This document shows, in pieces, positions 1-14,145 of a stretch of DNA of 64,000 bases; within the stretch, counting starts at the first letter, position 1, and each line of letters begins with the position of its first letter. The notes below the pieces were generated by a model. That model did no database searches and was not told the origin of the DNA. It saw nothing but the letters and a program-made list of their open reading frames with translations. This DNA is from the human T2T-CHM13v2.0 reference genome, Homo sapiens. The position numbers were made by a program, and so were the translations under genes. The stretch lies in the NCBI RefSeq assembly GCF_009914755.1, contig NC_060931.1; one strand, 5' to 3'.

Positions 1-265
1 ATCCTCCTTTCTTTGTCTGGGTACGTCCTATTCCTTCCTTAAAATATCAGCTCAGTTGTAACCTGTTTTAAGAAGCTTTTCCTGCCCTCCAGGTCTCAGT
101 TTTGTAAAGGATTTCAAGGACACCCATTGTCCTGAACTTGTGTCATTACTCATTATAATTGTCCTTTAACCTGCCTCCTTCAGCACTAGACTTGGAGCTC
201 CTTTGAGTCAATGAGTGGCTTTATTGCTGTTTCTCTAATACAGTGCTGCAATCCTGAATAAATTA
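1..265 (+). mobile_element. L2 LINE 3' end fragment (old)
   Basis: Degenerate match to L2 3' end (CACTAGACTTGGAGCTCCTTTGAG ... ACAGTGCTG ... AATAAA). Confidence 0.45.
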
Positions 266-1234
266 TTAATTACACACATCCCATGTTAGAAAACTCATTA
301 CATTTAGAGCCAAACCATTTCATCATTAGATGATTCTAAAGATATCTCATATTTGGTCAAAGCTTAGATTAGTTCTTCAACTTTCCCTTTCCTTATATAA
401 TAAGTTTCCTGAACTCATCACCACACTGTCCATCATGAGCACTTGTAATTCACTCTGACTATGTGCTTTCATTCTGTGAAATTTTAAAAAATATTTTTCT
501 TAAATAGGGTACAAAGAACAAAATAGCTTGGATGAGGTTTAGTTTTGTCAGCTCATGGAAGTGTAGGTAGATCCTTTATTCTTTCCATACATGACAGAAT
601 GAGTCTATGATGTCCTAAAACTGTTGACAGCTTTTTTGAAATTCATATTTTGATCTGAAATGTATATACTAACTACCAACTTCTCTCAGTCTTATTTTAT
701 TTTTTGGAATTTTTTCAAATTTATATCACAGGCATGTTTTATAATCATATTTCCATATATGCTTTCAAGACAGAATATGACAGTTCAGCTACTACTACTT
801 TTACATATATTAATTAAATTTTAAAAGTATAGTCATTTTACTAGTTGTCAACACCAACTTATTGAAAATCTATTATATTTTCCCCTTTGACCAGGGTCTT
901 CAGACTATGCTGAATATTCTGCAACGTGGGTGACAATTGACATTGGCAGAGCTTGTAAATCTTGCTAGTTATCGAGAGACTGGAGAGGATCATTCAGAAG
1001 CCGACAAATCAATCAGACAGAGCAGGCAAATTTTCTGAAATTTCTCTTCATTTTTGGTCATGAGTTCATGAGAAATATTTTCATAATTAACTGCCAATAT
1101 TTGCTTTTTCTTACAACAGTAGCAAGAAGGACATTTAAGTTATTTTCTGTAAATATTTCTTACTTTTCCATTTTCCAATGATAGGAATTGAACAATTGCT
1201 TATTTTATTTAGTCTTGATTTTTCTTTTTGTTTA

Positions 1235-3240
1235 TTCATTACAGCTATATTGAGGTTTAAATTACATGCCACAAAATTTGCTCATTGTAAGTGGAAAATT
1301 TAATGATATTTAGTAAATTTATATAGCGGTGCTGGAATCACCATAATCCATGATTACAAAATTACTATATCCCCCTAAAACTTTCCCCAAGTCCATTTCC
1401 AGTCAATCTCAGTTCTCTCATCCAGACCCAGGAATCCACCGTTTTCTATTCTTGTAATATGCCTTTTCTGGATATGTAATGTAAATGGAATAATATAATA
1501 TGTAGACTTTTGCATTTTCTTTCTTTTACTTAGCACAGATTGGGGCAAACTATGGGTTGTGGGCATGCTGTCTCTTTTTGTAAAGTTTTCATGGTACACG
1601 CCATGCTCATGTGTTTATGCATTGTCTATGGCTGCTTTTGTGGAACAATAGAATTGAGTTATTGACAGAGACAATAGGACCTGAAAAGCCTAAAGCATTT
1701 ACTATTTGGCCCTTTAAGAAAAAAGTTTTCCAATGCCTGGCTTAGTATAGTTTAGCTTTATCCATGTCATGGACTATGTCAGCAGTTCATTCATGTCATT
1801 TATCATGATTACCATTTCACTGCATAGATATACCACATTTTGTTGGTTCATTCATCAGTTGATAGACATTTGGAACGTTGCCATTTTTGGCTATTACGAA
1901 TAATTCTGCAGTATGTGCTTATGTCCAAGTCCTCGTGTGGATACACATATTCTACTGAGTAGATTTCTAGGAGAAAAATTGTAGGAATCTATGATAAGCT
2001 CATAGTTTACTTTTTAAGAAACTGCCAAAATGATTAATGATGTTGAACACCTTTTTATGTGCTTATTAACCATGCATATGTCTTCTTTGTTAAAAAAAAC
2101 CCTTTTGTCCATTTTAATATAGAGTTGTCTGTTACTGAGATATAAGAGTTCTTAATACATTTAAGCTGCAAGTATTTTATCAGATATACGATTTGGAAAT
2201 GTTTTTGCCTGGTCTGTAACTGGTCTTTTTATTTTCTGAATGGTATCTTTGGAAGTACAAAATGTTTTAATTTTATTGAAATATAATTTATTTTTTCTTT
2301 TTCTTTTATAGATTGTGTGTTTGCTGTCACGTCTAAAACTCTTTGTTTAACTCAAGGTCATATAGATTTTCTCCTGTGTTTTCTTTTAGAAGCTTTCTAT
2401 TATTGGATTTTACATTTAGGTCTGTAATGCATTTTGAGTTCTTTTCTGTGTATGGCATGAGGAGGTAAGGATGAAGCTTTTCCTCCATCCCCTCCTCCTC
2501 ATCCTCCTTCTCCTTCTTCTTCTTATTTTTTTATGTAGATATTAAATTGTCTTGCCACCATTTGGTAAAAAGACAATCTTTTCCAAACTGAATTGAATTG
2601 GCACTTTTTTCGGAAAGCAATTGACCATGAATGTAGGGGTAAATTTCTTGACTCTGACACTGTTTCACTGATCTAACCTATTCCTTTATGTATATCATAA
2701 TGTCTTGATTACAACCTTATAGTAATTTTTTAAATTAGGCAATATGAGTCCTACAACTTTGTTCATTTTTTTGAAAACGGTTCAAGCTTCAAGTACTTTC
2801 ATTTCTGTATAAATTTGTTGGATCAACATTTAATTTCTACAAAAAAAGCTCACAGCGACTTTGAAATGGATTCTGTTGAAATTGACAGATAAATTTAGGT
2901 AGAAATGGTATTTTAACATATTGTGACTTCCAACCATAAATATAGAATGTGTCTTGATTCATTTAGATTTTTAATTTCTCTCATCATTATTTTGTAGTTT
3001 TCAGCATACAAGTGTTACACTTCTTTTGTTAAATTTATTCTTAAGTATTTTATTGTCTTTGATACTATTGTGACTGGGTTTTATTTATTTTTATATGTTC
3101 ATTTTGTATTCTGTGATCTGGCAAACTTGTTTGTTAGCTCTAGTTGGCTTTTTGGTGCTTTTATTTGCTTTATTTTTTAATATGTATTATGATAAATTTA
3201 TACTGGATTTATCATTGGACTTTCTAATATCTGGATTTCC
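1235..3240 (-). mobile_element. Old L1 (L1MB/MC/ME-type) 3'UTR plus ORF2 remnant, interrupted by MER58A
   Basis: Antisense L1 motifs: TATTGAGGTTTAAATTACAT, TTTTTAAGAAACTGCCAAA, GATGTTGAACACCTTTTTATGTGCTTATT. Confidence 0.8.
1536..1739 (+). mobile_element. MER58A hAT-Charlie DNA transposon
   Basis: CAG..GGCAAACTA start, ATTGTCTATGGCTGCTTT core, TACTATTTGGCCCTTTAAGAAAAAAGTTT..CCTG end; 8-bp TSD ACTTAGCA/GCTTAGTA. Confidence 0.85.
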
Positions 3241-3381
3241 CTGCATATTTATTATAAACAGTTTGAGGCTAGCTTCCTATACCACTGGTCCTAGCTATAA
3301 AGGATACTTGGACATACTGAATCTTTTCATTTATTTCAGCAAGAAATAAGAGAACATCATGAAAAAAGGACTTTTTTTGTT

Positions 3382-3840
3382 CATGTATGTTTATTGCGGC
3401 ACCATTCACAATAGCAAAGACTTAGAACCAACTCAAAAGTCCATCAACGATAGCCTGGATTAAGAAAATGTGGCACATATACACCATGGAATACTATGCA
3501 GCCATAAAAAGGATGAGTTCGTGTCCTACTTTGTAGGGACATGGATGAAGCTGGAAACCATCATTCTGAGCAAACCATCACAAGGACAGAAAACCAAACA
3601 CTGCATGTTGTCACTCATAGGTGGGAATTGAACAATAAGACTTGGACACAGGGTGAGGGACATCACACCCCAGGGCCTGTCATGGGGTGGGGGAAGTGGG
3701 AGGGATAGCATTAGGAGATACACCTAATGTAAATGACGAGTTAATGAGTGCAGCACACCAACATGGCACATGTATACATATGTAACAAACCTGCATGTTG
3801 TGTACATGTACCCTAGAACTTAAAGTATAATATAAAAAAA
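3382..3840 (+). mobile_element. L1PA (about L1PA5) 5'-truncated 3' end
   Basis: Near-consensus ORF2 end and 3'UTR ending ACCCTAGAACTTAAAGTATAAT plus short A tail. Confidence 0.92.
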
Positions 3841-5796
3841 TCTTATTTTCTTAAGCCATCAACTATGCACTGAGTATCCTTTCCTTTTTGTCCCATTTTT
3901 TAAAATTGCTCTTATTATTTAAGTTGCTCTGTCTCCTTCATTGGCTCTATTTGGTTGAATCCTCTTCATATTCTGTTTCTCTTCTTATTTCCCTTCAGGT
4001 GTTCTTTTAAATCTCTTTCTATTTAAAAAAAAAAAAGAAAGAAAAGCAAAATAAAGTCAGATTTGAATAAGGAATAGTGATATCTTTCAAGTGCTTTTGT
4101 CCATGTATTGTTTTATAGTTTTTAGCTTGCTTTCACACATATTATCTGATTTGATTCTTACATAAACCATACGGCAGAAAGCAAGGCATGCCTACTTATT
4201 CCCCAACCCAAAGAAAGGCAGGAAAAGACTCAGTAGACAGTGCTCTTGAGAGCTTGGCAAAACCTGGGTAGAAATCAGCACTCTTTCACCTCTATCCAGA
4301 GTTCACTCCAGGTATCACAGAGTCCTCACTGGGGTGCAGCACATGAAACTGTGTTCTGTCCTAGGATGTGGAAAACTGTCTCTCTGGCTGATACTTTCCT
4401 TCCTGATGAGAGTTGCAACTCACACTTCATCATCTGGAGTAATTATTCACAAATCAAAATTGAAATCAATGGTTGAGTCACGCATCCACTGCTGTCATTC
4501 CACAGTGAAAAAAGTTAACAGTTCTGTTATTGACCATAAAAAAGTACCAACTTTTGGAAAGTACCATGGAATCTCCATAAAAATTCTCCTTGACTTTATA
4601 AAGGTTTATGCATTTATTTTTATAAGAGTCAAGTTTAGAAAACAGGCAATGCTTCTAATTTATATTCAACATAATCATCTGTTATCTATTTAAGCTAGAT
4701 AATGAAAATGAGATAAAGGAAATAGGCACCAATTTATACTAGCTATTAACTTTCCCAGGGGTATGCTATTAGAACTAAAAAAAGGTTTGTTGAGGTTGTC
4801 CTTCAGTTTAATTTCACTCCGTAATATCACTAATGACCCCATTAAGGACATTAAAAGTTTCCTTTTCTGATCAATCTTTAGAATATTGAACTCCATAAAG
4901 TATCTACTGACTAACCAGCTAAATAAATCAAGGTCACCTTTAAGATGGCATCCTAAAGCTAATTGTGGGTATAAGACTCGTTATATAAATATCATACAGA
5001 AGGAGTTATCTCCCTCAGCACCAAGATTACACCAAGCAAATTACTTCACTTGCCTGTTCAACAATCTACTCAGAGGGCAAGTTTAGCCTACAAAACTTAT
5101 ATTAAATAGGAAAAAAGAGTTGAGGTTATAACTTATTTCAAAATGCAGCATCCCTTATATAATTTGCAATCAGTATTTGTTTGGAATCTTCTAGTTACAG
5201 TATAAAAGTGAGCATGCAAGAAATAAGAAGACTCTTATGTTTCTTTCCTTGTCCATTTTTTTTTCATAATTTTTAGATTAGAGTGAGAAGACTGGGAAGA
5301 AAAGGTAAGCTTTGTTTCAGGTGATTTATATCTACCATGTGCTAACACTGACTGCTAAAGTTTGACCATAGCATTAATACTCACAGTTAATAAAAATTAG
5401 TTTTTTGTCTCAAAACACAGTCTCTTCATTTCCCTCTTTCTCTCCTTTTCATGTTTCTTATGTTTATTATCTCTTTTCATTTTGCAAAATCCTAAATATT
5501 GAACAGACTATGGTCAGAAAATATGTATTTATGTGCTATTATTCACATCCGCAGCTCAACCCTTTCCATATTTCATAACCAGCATATGCCATTATATTGG
5601 GCTTGTATTATTTGGGAGAAAATATATGGAATAGCTATAGAATTGCTCAGTAGTTTAGACCTATAGGAGACCTAAGCCAAATAACCAAGGAGTACAGACT
5701 TCTTTTTGTTGGGGAGAAAACTGTGGCAGAATATTCTATCAACTTTTTCTAAATATGATTGAACTGGTGGCTTAGATTGGACTTGAAGATATTTCT

Positions 5797-6250
5797 CCTG
5801 TGACTCAGGGTTTCTGGGAAAGCAAAACAGTGAGACTGATATTTGTGTGCAAGAAATGTATTGGGGGTGCTTTTGGGATGAACACATCTTGGGTAATGAA
5901 GGAACAAGGAGGACTGGGCAGAGGAGGAAGTGGAAAGCTTTCACGCTCTCACAAGACCTCAGCAGTCACACCGACCCACCCCAGCAGGCTCTGTCTAACT
6001 GGAAAGGCACTAGAGCATTGCCTAATGAAAACAAAAGGGATGGCCTTTATCCCCGCTGTTGTTTGGCATCCTATGTGTGCTGCCCCAAAAAGGAGGCATG
6101 GTCTTGGGGCAAAGTGGCTGTCTTTAGCAAAGGGAAGTTGCAGAGAGGGTCTCAGCTGAGAGCTGCCTGTGATCAACCTTCTGGGCAATTGGGCTATGAG
6201 CACTTTGTCCTCCAGGGGGCGGTGGGAGGTGCACCACCAAGTGCACTGCA
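5797..6250 (-). mobile_element. ERVL LTR (LTR33/LTR16-like)
   Basis: Matches recalled LTR33 antisense pattern (GGGATGAACAC, GGACTGGGCAGAGG, GGCCTTTATCCCC, CAGCTGAGAGCTG, GCACTGCA end). Confidence 0.65.
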
Positions 6251-6529
6251 TTGGAAAGACAGGTCTCTTGTATTAAGAGTGAGACACTCTTAGCAAGACA
6301 CTGATGTTAACCATCACATTATAAATAATCCTTTGCTGTATATTTTTCATTAGAAATAAAAACTATGCTGAGTAATGTTATTGGAAGAAAATTAATTAGG
6401 TAGCTTGGGAAGATTATTTTTTAAAGTCTATCATATTATCTTGATTTAAAAATTAGATTATACAAAGTGTATGGGGAAATATGGAGGTAGAGTTAACTTA
6501 ATTAATTTTTAAGTGTAATCAGGATGCAC

Positions 6530-6894
6530 TATATTAGTTTCCTAGGGTTGCCGTAACAAATGGCTACAAACTTAAAATAGCAGAAATGTACTCTCACAAC
6601 TCAGAGGGCCAGGAGTCTGAAATCACGGTGTCAGCAGGATTGGCTCCTTTTGTAGGCTTTGGGAGAGTGTCTGTTCCATTGCCTCTGTGGTCATCTGGCC
6701 TTTCCTGTGTTTCTCTGTGTATCCTCCTCCTTCTTATAAGGAGGATACCATTCTTTAGATTTAAGGCCCACTCTAAATCAGTATGACCTCACCTTAACTA
6801 ATTACTTCTGCAGAGACCCTGTTTCTAAATGAGGTCACATTATAAGATCCCACATAGGTATTTATTTCGGGAGGACACTGCTCAGCCCTCTACA
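6530..6894 (-). mobile_element. MaLR LTR MLT1B/C
   Basis: TATTAGTTTCCTAGGGTTGCCGTAACAAA ... GAGGTCACATT ... CAGCCCTCTACA. Confidence 0.8.
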
Positions 6895-8186
6895 TATACA
6901 TTCAGTGTTCTACTTATTATTGCAATTAACAATATTCGCCATCAAATGTCAATTTTTTTCATTAATACAAAGTTATATTTTAGGTTCATTTCTGTCTGTA
7001 TACGCACAATTGCTTTATCATAGATCCTGCCATATGTGTCATCATAGCAGATTCTGAAAATGATTAGACAGAAAACAAACACAAAATTGTGCTCTCAGTA
7101 TCATTCAAAGGACATCAATATACTGAATCTATTGATCATATTTAAGACAACTTGTATTGCAAACGGGGGGTATAGAAAGCACATAAAATATGTTGAACAC
7201 CGTCATACATTTGGTATGAAATGAACATGAAAGGCAAAATAAACTTCCATTTAAATTTAATCAAATGATCTCTTTTTTTGCCTTGTAAATAACAGAGGCT
7301 TGGAAAATTATTTAAGTGAATCATATCTCTTTAAGATATTACACGCAGAAGTTTGATCTCATGTTTTCTTTTTCTGGCTAAGCATTTATTTTATTTTATT
7401 TTTTCTCTAGAAGCAGAGATATTCTAATGCATTCCATTGACCTTAGGGTTACCTCATAGTAATTTTCTAGACATTCCATAAGTGCTTACTTACAGTTGCT
7501 TCCATCTTCACAAAGATCATGTTTTTCTCCATGAAAAAAAATTTTAAATGTAAGGTCCGACCCAGCATTTCTCTCCTTACTTACTCTCATTTCCTCAAGT
7601 TCTTCAGAACTGACCTCAATATCTGACCCATGAAGAGTTACTAGGAAACAGATACCTGCCACAGTGTTGACAAGTAATTCAGCCTTGTTAGTCATGGCAC
7701 AAATTACTACACCATTAACTCTTAAATATCAAGGACAACTGAAGCTTTAATAGATGGGACACGGGACAGAACTACCTAACAGGTTCAACAGGACTACCTA
7801 AGTCAATCAAAACACATTTACTTAGAAATCAAAAGACCTCTCAAATGTCAAAGAACACATTTTAATCAGAATTTGGCTATAACATGCTACTGTCTGGTCT
7901 TCAGGTTTCTTTTTGTTTAGGTGTTCTTGAGTTCCTCCCAAAACTCTCTGCTGAAATGTAAGTGGATGACTTCTTCAAATGGAATGTACAATTTTTCCTT
8001 TAGATATTTAAATGTGGAAAGATAAACACATATAGAGATTTAGGTGCTAGATAGATGATTGATGGTTAGACAACCTTTTTATAAAAGTCCATAAAGGTAA
8101 AGAAGACAGGTGGACACCAAGACACAGAAGACTATAATGAGCAACCTGAACTGACATTGTGAGTTAATGCCAGAAAAAATGGTATT

Positions 8187-8603
8187 CATCATAGTCTGTT
8201 TTCTGTTGCTTACAACGGAATACCTGAAACTGGGTAACTTACAAGAAACAAAATTTATTTCCCAAAGGTAGGCAGGTCCAAGATCAAGGGATCACATCTG
8301 ATGAGGGCCTTCTTGCTGGTGGGGCCCCTCTGCAGAATACCAAGGCCATGCAGAGAATCACATGGTGAGGAGGCTGAGCATGTTCGCTCAGGTCTGTCTT
8401 CCTCTTCTTATAAAGTCACTATTTCCACTCCCATGATAACCCATTAATTCATTAATCCATTAATACATGGATAGATTAATCCATTCATGAGGGCAGCCCT
8501 CATGACCCAATCACCTCTCAAAGGCCCCACCTCTCAACGCTGCAAAATTGAGAACAACGTTGCAAGACGAGTTTCAGAGGGGATGAACATTCAAACCATA
8601 GCA
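8187..8603 (-). mobile_element. MaLR LTR MSTB-like
   Basis: AATACCTGAAACTGGGTAA, CATTCATGAGGGCAGCCCTCATGACCCAATCACCTC, ACATTCAAACCATAGCA end. Confidence 0.85.
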
Positions 8604-9047
8604 CAGTCACTCTTTTTGCACCTTGACATGTACCCTGAGATAAGTAAATGCTACTTATTTCTGGCAGATGAATGTAAAAATGAAGAGGGTTTTATCTAGT
8701 AATCCAAATCTGTAAGTCCTGGTAATCAGATAACAAACTCATTTGGGGATGTGGGCTTATCATTCTTATAAAATATATGTTTTTCCAGGAGAGTCCCGTA
8801 CCCCAGTAAGGGGGCGAATGGACACTAGAATTAAGAGGTTGGGGGGTTGGCTAGTGCAGTCTGAAGTTAAGGGTGAAGTAGAATCCTATCCATGAAAGTG
8901 AAGTCAATAGCACTGAGCAAGAAGTATCCAGAGGATGCATAAAAGGGTGTCAAAGGGAAAGAGGTCAGCCAGATTTAAGTAGCTGCTTGGCCCAAAGAGA
9001 GTGAAGCCATCTTAGAGAAACTGATACCTAAGAACGTTACTAAAAAC

Positions 9048-11740
9048 TTCCCAGTTCCAGGAGAAGGAGTAATAGAAACCAGATTTACCTTCTCTCCTGA
9101 AACAAACAAAATATGGCAGTGTCTATGAAACAATGGGTTTTAAGACACTGGGCAAAAGGCAGCAAGGATAGAAATCCTGATAGGTGAGAAACAATGAGGT
9201 AAGTCTGATTTTTAAAAGAGCTTCCAGGGCAAAATATAAGTATAGTGTATCAGTTATCACTTAGGGTTCTACAGAGAGACAGAGCCAATAGGATGAAGAG
9301 TGTGTGTGTGTGTGTGTGTGTGTGTTTGTATATGTGTGTGTGTTTTAAGGCAGTAGCTCAAACAGTTGTTGGGGAGGACTGCTGGCAAGTCTGAAATCTG
9401 TGGGACAGGCTAGTAAGCCAGAAGATCAGGAAGGATTTCTTACATTACAGCCTTGAGGCAGAATTCCTTCTTTGAAAACTTCAATTTTCATCTTCAGTCC
9501 TTCACCTGATTGGATGATGCCCACCCACATTATCAACAGTAATCTCCCTTGCTTGAAGTCAAGTGTTTGTAAATGTTAATCACATCTACAGAATATTTTC
9601 ACAAGAATATCTACACTAGATTTTGACCCAACAACTGGGCACTATAGTCTAGTTGAGTTGACCCATAAAATTAAAATTACCATTGGGGAGCCCATGCATA
9701 GCTTGGTGGACTCCTGAGGTTGAGGAGTTAGAGCTGAGAGGCTAGGAAAACCATGCAGTTCGGGTTTGCTGGGCACAGTGTCAGAGAAGAACAAACTGCT
9801 CAAGGACAGAACACCAGAGAACTAAAGAGGGTACTTGTGATTATTTAGCAAAGTTCTGATAAGCACATGCTTGTGAGAAGACTACCTGAGGCTAGAGAAA
9901 GAACTGCCCCCAAATCTGAGAGGTGACCGTTCTTCAGCCAGGTGGAAACTTCATCAGTCATGGAGCCTGCGGTATAGCATGCAGGAAGCCTTGCTCCAGA
10001 AATGGGACTTGACCAGCCCTTGGCCAAGAACTATCCTGGACTTATCTAACAAGTCATAAAAGTAAAACCTGAAAGAATCAAACTGCTCTCAAGCAATGTA
10101 TCTTTATCCCACTACAAACCATAGGAAAAATTATTTGAATGCAAATGTATGTAGCATATAGAAATGTAAACCTCACCATAACTTGTTTTCAACTAAAAGT
10201 TAACAGATATACAAAAAAGTAAAATTATTATTCACAAGAATAATGAAAATTAATCAATACAACTGAAAACTGGGATAGGTTTTAAAATTAACACAGAAGG
10301 ATGTTAATACAGTTAAAATAACTGTGTTGCAAATATTGAAAATGATAAGTGGAACTATCTGACATATAAAAAGACCCAAATGAAGACAAAGAGAAGAAAA
10401 TTATCACGTCTGAGATTTTTAAAAATATAATGCACTTCTGGTATTAACAGTAGATTAGACATTGCAGAAAATTAATCAAGTTAAAAATATAGCAATAGAA
10501 CCTATCCAAAATGACACACAAGGAGAACAAAACAACTCAAAGTTAAAAATAAAAATAAAAATAAAAAAGAGGGCAACAGAGGGCTGTGAGAAATTAAGCA
10601 GTGTAATTACTTGATCAATTTGTATCAAGAGAGCCCCCCCAAATGAAGGAAAAAATTGATACATAAAATATTTGTAAAAGATTACTGACAATTTTCTAAA
10701 TTTGATGAAAATTATAAATCCACAGATCACAGACACTGAATAAACTCAAAGAAAAAGCAATATGAAGAAAATGACAGCAACTTAAATCACAATCAAATTG
10801 CTCAAAACCAGGGATAAAGAAACAGTATTAAATGTTATCAGGAAAAATAAAACCTGCTATTGCTATGTATGGAGTAATGATAAAAGATAATGCCTGATTT
10901 CTCACTGTTAAAAATACAAGAGAGAAAACAATAGAAAAGCATTTTTAATGTACTGAAAGGAAAAAAAAATCCATAAACCTCAAGTTTTATACTTAGCAAA
11001 AATGTCTTTCCAAACTAAAAGTGAAATACGTACTTTTTTAGCCAAAGTGTTTGAAGGACTTAGTCACAAACGGACTTGCATATCTGAAGTATGAAAGAAA
11101 ATCTTGTAGAGAGAAGGAAAATGTATAAAATTGAAATAAGAATACAGAAAAAACAATGCAAAACACTGGAAATATGAACTACCTGAGCAAATATACACAA
11201 TTTGCCATATTTAAAATTTTTAAGATAAAATTGAATGTAAGTATAATTAATAACAATATATTGTAACATTTATAGCACATCTAAATGTATATGTATGTAC
11301 AAATATATATAGATATAAGTGTATATATTGTGTGTATGTTGGGTAAAAGTATAATACATGAAAAAATAGCACAAAGAATGTAGATTAAAAAATGGGAAGT
11401 ACATAATTGTAAGTTTCTTATACTATAGGAATTGTTGGGATATAACATGAAAGACTGTGGTAGACTCTGAAAAGTTAAAGATGTATGCTCTAGACACTAC
11501 AGCAAATGCTAAAATGGTGAAGAGTTGCAGCTAATAAGCCAGCACATTTTAACTGAATTACAAAAAGCAATTAATTAATCAAAAGAAGGAAGAAAATAGA
11601 AAATTAAAAACCCAGAACATGTGGGACAATGGAAGTAAAATGAAAAAATAGAAAATAAATATATAGTAAGATGATGGGTTTAAATGTAACTATATCAATA
11701 ATTGTATTTAATTTAAATGATAAAAATTGTATATTTGATT
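9048..11740 (+). mobile_element. Old L1M (L1MC-type) 5'UTR/ORF1 remnant, interrupted by MLT2
   Basis: A-rich strand with decayed ORF1 motifs (AACAGTAGATTAGACATTGCAGAA, CAATCAAATTGCTCAAAACCAGGGATAAAGA, AAACTAAAAGTGAAATA). Confidence 0.7.
9247..9682 (-). mobile_element. ERVL LTR MLT2C-like with internal (TG)n at about 9299-9342
   Basis: TAGGGTTCTACAGAGAGACAGAGCCAATAGGA, GATTGGATGATGCCCACCCACATTAT, AGTTGACCCATAAAATTAA. Confidence 0.85.
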
Positions 11741-11962
11741 ATTTAATTTTTACATTTTTATCTGAGGATTTTATTTTGAGAAGTTACCTACAATGTATTT
11801 ACTAAACAGCATTCTCTCCAACCTCTGTAGATCTTACTTTATCATGTATTTCCTTTTGTAAAACATGACTTTCGCTCTTATTCTGGACTTTATTCTTTAT
11901 CAGGATTTCTTTCTATTGTATTTTGCTCTATAATATATATTACTTTTACTATTATGGAGGTA

Positions 11963-12532
11963 TGCATGGGAGTAAAAAACAGCTTCCTTCTACCTTCCTA
12001 AGTTCTTTGACTGGACTAAAATTAAATTGCCATGGGACAGATTAATACGGAAAATATTTTAATTATGTACACATGAGAATCCCATAATATATGAGACTCA
12101 AAGAATGGTCAGATGATTGAAGCTTATATAGCATCCTGAGCTGAGAGGCATAGAATTGTGGGGTTCTTGGGGGGTGGTGGTGACACAAGTTATAGAAGGG
12201 TGAAGGGAGGAAAGGTATGGGGCACAAAGATTGTCCTGTTATGCCGATTCAGTCTCTGCAGCTTTAGGGGGAATAAATGATTGAATGGGCATGGGGTGAA
12301 ATTCTAATGTTCTCTCCAGTGATCCTTTAATCTTTCCTGGTTGAATGCCGAGGGAGGGTATTCATGACAGTTGAGTTCCTTTGGGAGGACCCGTCTTTGG
12401 ACAGATGAGCAGAGCCCAGAGAAAGCCTCTGCCTGCACTGCCTGTGTTTGCTGTTTCCAAAGTGCCCTCAGTTCCAAGTAATCAGCAGAGCAAAGCATCA
12501 TATTTTAGGGTGGCATTTTTGTAACTCTTTCA
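11963..12532 (-). mobile_element. ERV1 LTR, MER34 family
   Basis: Ends CATATTTTAGGGTGGCATTTT..CTCTTTCA (reverse of the MER34-type start); ACAGATTAATACGGAAA and TATGAGACTCAAAGAA motifs. Confidence 0.65.
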
Positions 12533-12544
12533 AATTCTTTTAAT

Positions 12545-13330
12545 TTTCCACCTCCTTCTCCAGTTTTACACCTTTTGTCCTTTCAACCAGGCTTTTGCTC
12601 GATCCTGGCTACAAAAACTGTTCTCTTGAAAACCCGTAGTAAACATATTAGATACATCCAGTGGCTTTTTCCATTCCTCAGTTTACTGCATTGTATCTTC
12701 ATTATATGACAGTCTCCAATGCTGGAATATTTCTTTTGAACTCTGCCCTTTCTTTGATTTACATGACATGGGACATGGGACAGCCAGGTTTCTGTCACTT
12801 TTTGAGTATTCCTCTTAGCTCCTTCACCAGACGTCTTAGAAAGTACGTTTTCAACCTTCTTTCTTTGATGCTGTGCTACTTTTTCTGAACCACTCTCTAT
12901 GTGGAAAATTCTTTACCAGTAACTTACATATTTGTTCTCTCTTTCAAGCACTAGTCTCAATATTAATCACTTCCTATTCGTTTCTATGCTAACTTGAACA
13001 TAAATCCAGAATGTTCCAGACCTATTAAACCTGTTCCCAATTTTAAATTGTGTTTTATATTAACTGTATCATTTTCCAAACTTCACTACTAGATTTTATA
13101 CTTTTCCATCATCAAATCAATTAATATCAGTTATTATTCCTGAGATCAGTTCTTATACCTGTGCCCATCTCTCAACAATCATATTCATTATGGTAGCAAG
13201 TCCAATATATATTAGCTAAACTATTGAAATAGCATTCCAATTTATATACTTGTTTCCATTATTTCTGCCCTCTGGCATATCTAATAAGCAGAAGTCAGAT
13301 TAATATTTCTATGGCACAATGTTGGCTGTA
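12545..13330 (+). mobile_element. L2 LINE fragment
   Basis: Pyrimidine-rich decayed L2 motifs (AAAACTGTTCTCTTGAA, ATCCAGTGGCTTTTT, TTCTTTTGAACTCT). Confidence 0.5.
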
Positions 13331-13942
13331 TTATTGCTTTCATCAATGGTGTGATCTTCTTCAGCTGATGTGATGAGTAAAGTGCTCTATGACAGCTAGG
13401 ACAGACCGCAGGAGAAACATATTGAATGTTCAGTTTTGAAAGTTTGAAAAAAAATCTGGAAACTTGGACATGGAACAAGTTCTGATGTCAAAGCACAAAA
13501 TATGAGGCAAAGTAAACAAAAATGGATGATTTGTCTAATTACTGGGGAATAGGCTGCATGTACATCGGTGAGGTCATTGTTCTTCATTGTCCTCAAAGGG
13601 CTCTGGCCACTTTTCATATTACATCAAAGAAATAAATCATTCCTTCATTGTATTTGAGCAGTCAAATAAAAACTTCCACTTTGATATCAATCTTTTTGCC
13701 AATTCTTTATCACAATACTCCTAATACTCTTACTTGGCTCATTAGAGGGGAGATTATTTTAAGTATATTTTAGAGACTTATATATCTGGCCGATAGGCTT
13801 CTGGAATGTTAAATCTTTTATGATTAGTGAGTTTGAAGACATATCGTAAGTGTTGAAAGCAGATGTTATCAAAGACAATGTTCAATATAATTTTTGAAAT
13901 TATTAAAAATAGATTTTATGGTGGTAACTAACAACAAAAATG

Positions 13943-14145
13943 ATAACAATAGTTGGCTTATATTATCCCCTACTATGGTCCAGTCACTATGCAAAAATTT
14001 TAATCTGCATTGTACCAAAAATCTTACAAAAATCCATACAGTGGATGACTACTTCCATTCTACAGATAAGCAATCATTTGGACTAAAAGGTTATGTAACT
14101 TGCCAAGATCACAGAGTTAAAGTAAAACCAAAATTTAAGCTCAGA
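13943..14145 (-). mobile_element. MIR SINE
   Basis: MIR core CCATTCTACAGATAAGCAA ... GTAACTTGCCAAGATCACAGAG. Confidence 0.7.

Noticed and set aside
3682-3703. G-quadruplex motif
   Set aside because: Standard G-rich tract of the L1PA 3'UTR.
5672-6293. Cluster of 90-148 aa ORFs
   Set aside because: Overlapping frames largely within an LTR33-like element; no recognisable domain.
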